Of a DNA stretch of 12,568 nt, positions 6,995 to 12,568 are shown piece after piece. Under the pieces are notes generated by a model. That model was not told where the DNA came from. It did not search any database and worked only from the letters and a program-made list of their open reading frames with translations. The DNA comes from a bacterium. GTDB lineage: Bacteria > Bacillota > Clostridia > Christensenellales > Aristaeellaceae. The DNA is taken from contig CAVFWQ010000064.1 in assembly GCA_963626285.1 (NCBI GenBank), positions 1-12,568 of the forward strand, read 5' to 3'. Within the stretch, counting starts at the first letter, position 1. Every line of letters begins with the position of its first letter. Made by a program: the position numbers and the translations under genes.

Positions 6995-7768
6995 ATGGAG
7001 CTGTTTGATACGCATTGCCATCTGGATGATGAGAAGTTTAACGCGGACAGGGAAGCGGTCTGGCAGAAAATGCAGGAGACGGGGGTCACGCGGTGCGTCT
7101 GCGTTGGCAGCGACCTAGCCACTTCCCGTTTCTCAATCGCCTTCGCGCAGGCGCATTCGGGCGCTTACGCCGCCTGCGGGGTGCATCCGCATGAGGCGAA
7201 AGACGCGCCGGCGGACTATCTGGAGCAGCTTGCCCTCCTGCTGCGGGAGGAAAAAGCGGTCGCGCTGGGCGAAATCGGGCTGGATTATTATTATGATTTG
7301 TCGCCGCGTGACGTGCAGAAGCGGGTGCTGAAGGAGCAGCTTGATCTGGCGGTCGATATGGATGTGCCTGTCATTTTCCACATTCGGGATGCGCACGGCG
7401 ATATGCTGGAGCTATTCCGCGCACGGAAGACGCTGCCGAGCGGCATCATTCACTGCTTTTCCGGCAGCGCGGAGACGGCTAAGGAATATCTGAAGCTGGG
7501 CTTTTATATTTCCTTTGCGGGGCCGCTCACCTTCAAAAAAGCGCCGAACTTGTGCGCTGCGGCGGAGCTTGTTCCGCCGGACAGGGTGCTGGTGGAGACA
7601 GACAGCCCGTATTTAGCGCCTGAGCCTGTGCGCGGGCGGCGCAACGACCCGTCCAATGTCCGCTTCGTTCTGGAAAAGCTGGCCGCGCTGAAGGGGCTTC
7701 CTGTCGAAAAAATGGCGGCTATTGTCTGCGAAAATGCCGAAAGGGTTTATCGGTTAAAATCATCTTAA
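6995..7768 (+). CDS. tatD: TatD-family metal-dependent hydrolase/DNase, 257 aa.
   Basis: It starts MELFDTHCHLDDEKF (the TatD HxH metal motif). Further blocks are ...GEIGLDYYY..., ...VIFHIRDAHGDMLE..., ...GIIHCFSGS... and ...VETDSPYLAP... (the conserved Asp). The start is at 6995 with GAGGAAG 5 nt upstream. The ORF-track N-extension overlaps the terminator hairpin and is rejected. The stop is TAA at 7766-7768. Confidence 0.88.
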   Translation: MELFDTHCHLDDEKFNADREAVWQKMQETGVTRCVCVGSDLATSRFSIAFAQAHSGAYAACGVHPHEAKDAPADYLEQLALLLREEKAVALGEIGLDYYYDLSPRDVQKRVLKEQLDLAVDMDVPVIFHIRDAHGDMLELFRARKTLPSGIIHCFSGSAETAKEYLKLGFYISFAGPLTFKKAPNLCAAAELVPPDRVLVETDSPYLAPEPVRGRRNDPSNVRFVLEKLAALKGLPVEKMAAIVCENAERVYRLKSS

Positions 7769-7771
7769 TCG

Positions 7772-7801
7772 AAAAGCTCCGCCAATTCTGACGGAGTTTT
7801 T
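7772..7801. terminator. Bidirectional intrinsic terminator between the convergent tatD (+) and flotillin (-) genes.
   Basis: A 5-bp GC-containing stem (CTCCG / CGGAG, 7777-7781 and 7792-7796) is flanked by AAAA on the left and TTTTT on the right. It could terminate both strands, and the stem is modest. Confidence 0.5.
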
Positions 7802-7811
7802 GGTTTATGCC

Positions 7812-9254
7812 TTATTTCTGTTCTGTTCGGTCGGACTTTTCGGCTGCACTGCCTTCCTGCTTTTCCTGCCCGACCTGCCGTCCGACAAGACCGCCGGCGG
7901 CAATCGTTTGCAGCATTTTCGGAATGTCCATGTCGGTGGCCGCCTTAATCGCCTCAAAGGACTGCATCATAGAGCCGGTCAAATCCCGCGTCAGCCCCGT
8001 GGCTGCGCCCTCGCCGAAAAGGATGATCTTATCTGTCCTGCTCAGCGGCTCGCCGATGGCGCGGGCGACCTCCGGCAACTTATCTATCACCATTTCCAGC
8101 ATGGCGGCCTGGCCGTATTGCTGCATGGCTTCGGCCTTGCGCTGGATGGCCTCCGCCTCGGCGCGCCCCTTCAGCTCGATGGCCTCAGCCGCCTTTTTGG
8201 ATTCATACAGTTCGGCGTCCGCCTTGGCCTGCCGCTCAAACAGTTCGGCTTCTGCCTGTGCAATGCGGGCGTCCTTTTCGGCATTCGCTTTTTCACGGAT
8301 TTCAACGTTCAAACGCTCGCGCTCGATTTCGACCTGCTGTTTTTTCAGTTCCGTTTCCTTTTGCAGCTTGGTCATTTCAGCGGCAGCGCGCTCTGTTTCA
8401 TAAGTCTTGCGGATGCGCTCCTGCTCGATTCTGTATGTTTCGTCCGCCTTTGCCTTTTCCTGATCCGCCTCGATTTTATAGGCGGCTTCGCGCAGCGCCA
8501 GCTCTTTATTTTGTTTGGCGATTACGGCCTGCGCTTCGATTTCGGCCTTATGCCCCTCCTGCGCGGCTCTGGCGCGGGCAATCTTGGCATCGCGCTCCTT
8601 GTCGACGATGTTCTGCTGCGCCATCGTCTCAATGACCTGACCGTCCTTGTCGGAAAAATTCTGGATGGTCAGGTTGATGATTTCCAAGCCCATGTTGCCC
8701 ATGTCGGCCATTGCCGCCTTGATGGACTCCTGCGCAAATTTGTCTCGGTTCTGCACGAGGTCGGCAATCGTCATTTGACCGATGATTTCGCGCATATTGC
8801 CCTCCAGCACGTCCTTGGCCAAGGCCTTAATCTGGGCGGCGTCGTAGTGCAGGAGCTGTTCGGCGGCGGTGGCGATGGACAGGTCATCCGAGCCGATTTT
8901 GATGTTGGCGACAGCATCCACCAAAACGGAAATGTATTCCTTTGTCGGCACGGGCTGGGCTGTTTTGATGTCCACCTGCATCAGGCACATATCCAGCTTG
9001 TCGATGCGCTCGATGGCGGGAATCCAGAAGGTCGCCCCGCCGCGAATGATACGATAGCCGAATTTTTTAACGGAGGTCGTTCCGTCCGAATTGCGTACCT
9101 TGTAATTGCGGCGCAGAAGGCCGGAAATAATCAGCGCCGTGTCCGGCGGCGCGATTTTATACCGCGGCAGCAGCTTAATCAGCAGAACGAGAACGATGAT
9201 GCCGATGGGCAGCCAGTACCAGTATTGCAGGAGATGCTCTAATGATTCGGGCAT
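7812..9254 (-). CDS. Flotillin-like SPFH/band-7 family protein (YqiK/FloT-like), ~480 aa, with an N-terminal membrane anchor.
   Basis: An N-terminal TM (LLQYWYWLPIGIIVLVLLIKLL) is followed by an SPFH core (...ALIISGLLRR...GGATFWIPAIERIDKLDM...IKTAQPVPTKEYISVLVDAVANIKI...) and then a long Glu/Ala/Lys/Arg-rich coiled-coil (EAQAVIAKQNKELALREAAYKIEADQEKAKADETYRIEQERIRK...), which is typical of flotillins. I placed the start at 9254 (MPESLEH...) because GGAGG lies 11 nt upstream. The longer ORF-track start has no RBS. Confidence 0.85.
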   Translation of the reverse strand: MPESLEHLLQYWYWLPIGIIVLVLLIKLLPRYKIAPPDTALIISGLLRRNYKVRNSDGTTSVKKFGYRIIRGGATFWIPAIERIDKLDMCLMQVDIKTAQPVPTKEYISVLVDAVANIKIGSDDLSIATAAEQLLHYDAAQIKALAKDVLEGNMREIIGQMTIADLVQNRDKFAQESIKAAMADMGNMGLEIINLTIQNFSDKDGQVIETMAQQNIVDKERDAKIARARAAQEGHKAEIEAQAVIAKQNKELALREAAYKIEADQEKAKADETYRIEQERIRKTYETERAAAEMTKLQKETELKKQQVEIERERLNVEIREKANAEKDARIAQAEAELFERQAKADAELYESKKAAEAIELKGRAEAEAIQRKAEAMQQYGQAAMLEMVIDKLPEVARAIGEPLSRTDKIILFGEGAATGLTRDLTGSMMQSFEAIKAATDMDIPKMLQTIAAGGLVGRQVGQEKQEGSAAEKSDRTEQK

Positions 9255-9504
9255 GGATATGTGTTCCTCCTTCATTTTCATTTTTGAAACGGAATAAAAA
9301 CCTGATGTCTGACAACCATGAGCAGATGAATGCACTGCGTCATCATTGCCTTGCTATGCGTTCAGCATATCACATATTTATTCATCTGTCAAAGCGAATT
9401 TGCAATTTTCTATGGCTTTTTCGGACAATTTATTATATACTACTGTATGTGCGCATAGAAATCAACACGCCTCAAAGGGGCATGGCTTTGGAGGACATAG
9501 GCTG

Positions 9505-10731
9505 ATGGACATGATTCATGAATCGCTAGAAACCCGCGTGGCGGATAGGGCGGATGTTTTGGTTGTCGGCGGCGGCATTGCGGGCATTGCGGCGGCGGTG
9601 GCGGCGCGGCGGCGCGGAGCGGATGTGCTGCTGATAGAAAAATCCGTTCTGCTGGGCGGCTTGGCGACCAACGGCTTGATTTCGTGGTACGAGCCGCTCT
9701 GCGACGGACGCGGAACGCAGCTCATTTACGGCTTGGCTGAGGAGCTTTTGCGCCTGTCCATTCAGATAGGTTCGGACACCCTGCCGCAGATTTGGCAGAA
9801 TCGGTCCGTGCCGATTGACAAGGCGCTGGTCAGCGATAAAAAGCAGAATCCTGTCGGCGGGCGGTATGCCACATTCTTTTCGCCGACCATGTTTCAGCTT
9901 TCGCTGGATGAGCTGCTGGAGCGTGAGGGTGTGCGCGTTCGGCTGGATATTCGTGGCGTTCGGCCTTTGATGGAGGATGCCAAATGTCTCGGCGTGGTCG
10001 CAGAGAGCATTTCGGGGCGTGAGGCGTTTTTGGCGCGGATGGTCATTGATGCGACGGGCGATGCGACGGTGCTGGCAGGGGCGGGCGTTCCGTGCGTGGA
10101 TGGACACAACTTTTTATCGATGGTCGCCCATCGAATGGATGCGGCAGCCGTTGATAATATCCTGTCCCGCCGCAAGTGGATGACAATCGGCGCCGACCTT
10201 TACGGAAACGGGCATCCCAAAGGCTACCCGATGTTCACGGGGCTGGACAACGCGGAGGAAACGCGCTTTGTGCGCGACGGTCACAGGCTGCTGACGGACG
10301 CGCTCCGCAAGGACGACCGCATGAAGCGTGACATCACCACCCTGCCGACACAGGCGCAATTTCGCAAAACCCGCCATTTGGCGGGCGGCTATACGCTGAC
10401 GGAGGAGGACAACCAAAGGCCGAATGAACGCTCGATTGCGCTGATTGGCGATTTTGAAAAGCCAGGTGACTGGTATGAGGTGCCGTATGAGTGCCTGTAT
10501 CATCCGGATTATGAAAACCTGCTGGCGGTCGGGCGCATGATTTCGTCCTCCGGCTGGGCGTGGGACGTGACCCGCGTGATTCCCTGCTGCGCCGCAACGG
10601 GTGAAGCGGCGGGCACGGCGGCAGCGCTGACCCTGAAAGAAAATTCATCAATCAACGAATTAAATATAAACAATTTGCAGAACGCTTTGCGTGAAAACGG
10701 GATGCGTCTGCACAGAACAGAAGTTAACTGA
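9505..10731 (+). CDS. FAD-dependent oxidoreductase (FAD_oxidored-like family), ~408 aa.
   Basis: The N-terminal dinucleotide-binding fold is DVLVVGGGIAGIAAAVAARRRGADVLLIEKSVLLGG (GxGxxG plus an acidic end of beta2). Its size and C-terminal region (...AVGRMISSSGWAWDVTRVIPCCAATGEAAGTAAAL) match this family. The start is at 9505 (MDMIHES...) with GGAGG 10 nt upstream. The stop at 10729-10731 lies 16 nt before the next gene. Confidence 0.75.
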   Translation: MDMIHESLETRVADRADVLVVGGGIAGIAAAVAARRRGADVLLIEKSVLLGGLATNGLISWYEPLCDGRGTQLIYGLAEELLRLSIQIGSDTLPQIWQNRSVPIDKALVSDKKQNPVGGRYATFFSPTMFQLSLDELLEREGVRVRLDIRGVRPLMEDAKCLGVVAESISGREAFLARMVIDATGDATVLAGAGVPCVDGHNFLSMVAHRMDAAAVDNILSRRKWMTIGADLYGNGHPKGYPMFTGLDNAEETRFVRDGHRLLTDALRKDDRMKRDITTLPTQAQFRKTRHLAGGYTLTEEDNQRPNERSIALIGDFEKPGDWYEVPYECLYHPDYENLLAVGRMISSSGWAWDVTRVIPCCAATGEAAGTAAALTLKENSSINELNINNLQNALRENGMRLHRTEVN

Positions 10732-10747
10732 AAAGGAGATATTGACG

Positions 10748-12019
10748 ATGGCGGCGATTCAAATCCCCTACGGGAAGAACCATTTGACCCTCAATGTTGC
10801 GGATGAACGGCTGGCGGGCGTTCTGCGTCCTGCCGAAGGTGAAAAGACAACGCAGAGTGAGCGGGAGCTGGTGCTCCATGCCTTGGAAAATCCTATCGGC
10901 TCTCCGCGTGTGAGTGAGCTGGCGAAGGGCAGAAAACGCATTCTGGTCATCACCAGCGACCATACGCGCCCCGTTCCGAGCGCCGTCACCCTGCCCCTGT
11001 ATCTGGCGGAAATCCGCCGCGGCGCACCGGACGCGGACATCCGTATCCTGATCGCTACGGGAATGCATCGCCCCACCACCGAGGCGGAGATGCGCGCCAA
11101 ATTCGGCGACGCGGTGTACGAAAAAGAGCATTTTATCGTCCATTCGGCAGCGGATGAAAAGGCGATGGTCTTCAAGGGCATCCTGCCCAGCGGCGGCGAG
11201 CTGTGGCTGAACGGCCTCATTGATTGGGCGGAGCTGGTCGTCAGCGAGGGCTTCATTGAACCGCACTTTTTTGCCGGCTTTTCGGGCGGCCGCAAGAGCA
11301 TCCTGCCCGGCATCGCCTCGGCCAAAACCGTACTATACAACCACAATGCCGTCTTTATCGCCGACAAAAACGCTGCGCAGGGCAGTCTTGAAGACAATCC
11401 CATCCATAAGGATATGGTGTACGCGGCGCGGCAGGCGGGGCTTTGCTTTATCCTGAACGTGCTGATTGACGCGGACAAGCACATTATCGCGGCCTATGCG
11501 GGCGACCTCATTGAGGCGCACAAGGCGGGCTGCGCGGAGTGCCTGCGGCATACGCACGTCAGCGGCGTGAAGGCAGATATTGCCGTGACCTCCAACGGCG
11601 GTTATCCGCTGGACCAGAACGTGTATCAGTCCGTAAAGGGCATGACGGCGGGCGAGGCTTGTGTCCGCGAGGGCGGTGTTCTGGTCATGTGCGCGGCGCT
11701 GGGTGACGGTCACGGCGGCGATTCGTTCTATCACTGGTTTGCGGACAGGCAGAGCGCCGACGAGGTGGCGCGGGACATCGAGAACATCCCCCCGACCGAG
11801 ACGCACATGGATCAGTGGGAAGCGCAGATTTTGGCGCGTGTCATGCGCAAGGCACACTGCGTGTTCGTGACGGGTGAAGAAAACAGGGCGCTCATTGAGG
11901 ATATGCACATGACATGGGCGGGCAGCTTGGAGCAGGCGATGGATATTGCCGAAAAGCTGGTCGGGCATGATGCCACGGTCGCTGTGATACCGGATGGGGT
12001 CGGGGTGATTGTCAAGTAA
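10748..12019 (+). CDS. larA: LarA-family nickel-pincer (NPN)-dependent alpha-hydroxyacid racemase/epimerase homologue, 423 aa.
   Basis: The protein has the LarA/DUF2088 N-domain architecture. The residues corresponding to L. plantarum LarA His108 (ATGMHRP), His174, Lys184 and His200 are present with canonical spacing: EPH-F-F-A-G-F-S-G-G-R-K with H to K = 10, then K...YNH with K to H = 16. AAAGGAGAT lies 7 nt upstream of the ATG at 10748. The substrate cannot be inferred. Confidence 0.8.
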   Translation: MAAIQIPYGKNHLTLNVADERLAGVLRPAEGEKTTQSERELVLHALENPIGSPRVSELAKGRKRILVITSDHTRPVPSAVTLPLYLAEIRRGAPDADIRILIATGMHRPTTEAEMRAKFGDAVYEKEHFIVHSAADEKAMVFKGILPSGGELWLNGLIDWAELVVSEGFIEPHFFAGFSGGRKSILPGIASAKTVLYNHNAVFIADKNAAQGSLEDNPIHKDMVYAARQAGLCFILNVLIDADKHIIAAYAGDLIEAHKAGCAECLRHTHVSGVKADIAVTSNGGYPLDQNVYQSVKGMTAGEACVREGGVLVMCAALGDGHGGDSFYHWFADRQSADEVARDIENIPPTETHMDQWEAQILARVMRKAHCVFVTGEENRALIEDMHMTWAGSLEQAMDIAEKLVGHDATVAVIPDGVGVIVK

Positions 12020-12051
12020 TCGTCAATGTTTTGTATAATGATGGGGATATG

Positions 12052-12079
12052 AAAAGACCGCCGGATGGCGGCCTTTTTG
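12052..12079. terminator. Putative bidirectional terminator between larA-like (+) and the convergent low-GC gene (-).
   Basis: AAAA-GACCGCC-GGAT-GGCGGCC-TTTTT: a 5-6 bp GC stem (12056-12073) is flanked by an A-tract and a T-tract. It sits at the GC-content transition. Confidence 0.5.
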
Positions 12080-12086
12080 CTTAAAG

Positions 12087-12568
12087 TTATTTATCTGCTT
12101 CTTTGGTTTTATCCATTTTACTGAAAATGTTATTTGCTATTGCTTTTAAAGGGCTGCTGACAAATGCCGGAATACAATCTGCAATAATCCCTATGATTAT
12201 TTCAGGAGTTTGTTTTTTCAGCATAGCACCAAAGGATTCTTTTTCTACAAAAGAAATATCCTTGTTCTTTTCAGATATTTTTTCTTTTATTGTTTTTCGC
12301 AACTCATCCCTATTTCCTTCAGTAATTGCAACCAGTAAATCGAGGAAATACGGCAGACGCACTTGCAAAAGATTAGGCGTTAATTGCGCTTCAATGAATC
12401 CTCCGCTTTCTTCGATTGCGTTTTTGATTTCCAAATATAAATTTTTATCCGGAATCAACAGCTTAATTCGCCCATCTTCATAAATGGCTCTATCTGATAT
12501 TTTCGCTAAGCTATCCCTCCAATTGAATTTTTCATAAGGATATAATAACTCTTTTCTGATTTTTAAAT
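12087..12568 (-). CDS. Hypothetical protein, 3' portion only. The reading frame stays open to the window edge. It is low-GC (~33%) and compositionally foreign.
   Basis: The minus-strand frame is open from 12568 down to the stop at 12087-12089. The ORF-track 'M' at 12458 is a TTG codon internal to a longer frame, ...LKIRKELLYPYEKFNWRDSLAKISDRAIYEDGRIKL-L-IPDKNLYLEIKNAIEESGGFIEAQL.... The frame is Lys/Ile/Glu/Asn-rich, with no recognisable motif and no His residues. Confidence 0.5.
   Translation of the reverse strand, partial: LKIRKELLYPYEKFNWRDSLAKISDRAIYEDGRIKLLIPDKNLYLEIKNAIEESGGFIEAQLTPNLLQVRLPYFLDLLVAITEGNRDELRKTIKEKISEKNKDISFVEKESFGAMLKKQTPEIIIGIIADCIPAFVSSPLKAIANNIFSKMDKTKEADK

Noticed and set aside
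7800-9242. 480-aa plus-strand ORF (and 7807-8403, 8258-8635) overlapping the flotillin gene.
   Set aside because: They are antisense shadows of the Glu/Ala-rich flotillin coiled-coil, which read as Leu/Phe/Arg-rich nonsense on the opposite strand. The flotillin SPFH motifs are unambiguous on the minus strand.
9255-9504. 87-aa plus-strand ORF 9242-9505 and 63-aa ORF 9106-9297 in the AT-rich divergent intergenic region.
   Set aside because: The composition is AT-driven and low-complexity with no RBS. The region is more plausibly the divergent promoter region for the flotillin and oxidoreductase genes.
9516-11968. Multiple minus-strand ORFs (9526-10107, 10114-10503, 10768-11484, 11333-11968) opposite the oxidoreductase and larA genes.
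   Set aside because: They are typical high-GC antisense ORFs, Arg/Pro/Ala-rich with no motifs. The plus-strand genes have RBSs and strong family signatures.
12103-12483. 126-aa plus-strand ORF in the low-GC terminal region.
   Set aside because: It is the antisense shadow of the longer minus-strand frame, which stays open to the window edge. AT-rich DNA yields long spurious ORFs on both strands, and the minus frame is longer and ends at a terminator.

Overview
The window opens inside a long CRISPR array (28 identical 32-nt repeats, 27 unique spacers, 1..1832) that is cut by the window edge. The array ends at an AT-rich leader-like region (1833-2031) containing a perfect 16-bp inverted repeat. 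No cas gene lies within the ~10.7 kb on the leader side. Next to the leader is a small stand-alone OmpR/PhoB-type winged-helix regulator (minus strand). Then come a translationally coupled minus-strand pair of exported/membrane proteins (DUF4349-like, then SIMPL/DUF541). After that come housekeeping-type genes in a ~58-60% GC background: galE, a membrane-anchored VanY-like M15 protein whose zinc ligands appear substituted, a TatD-family hydrolase, a large flotillin/SPFH protein (minus), and an apparent two-gene operon of an FAD-dependent oxidoreductase plus a LarA-family racemase/epimerase homologue with the nickel-pincer (NPN) cofactor residues conserved. The last ~500 bp drop to ~33% GC and carry the 3' end of a minus-strand gene that runs off the window, consistent with the edge of a horizontally acquired island. 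Several sigma70-like promoters and rho-independent terminators can be read directly. All calls were made by eye from sequence and translated ORFs, and no database search was possible.
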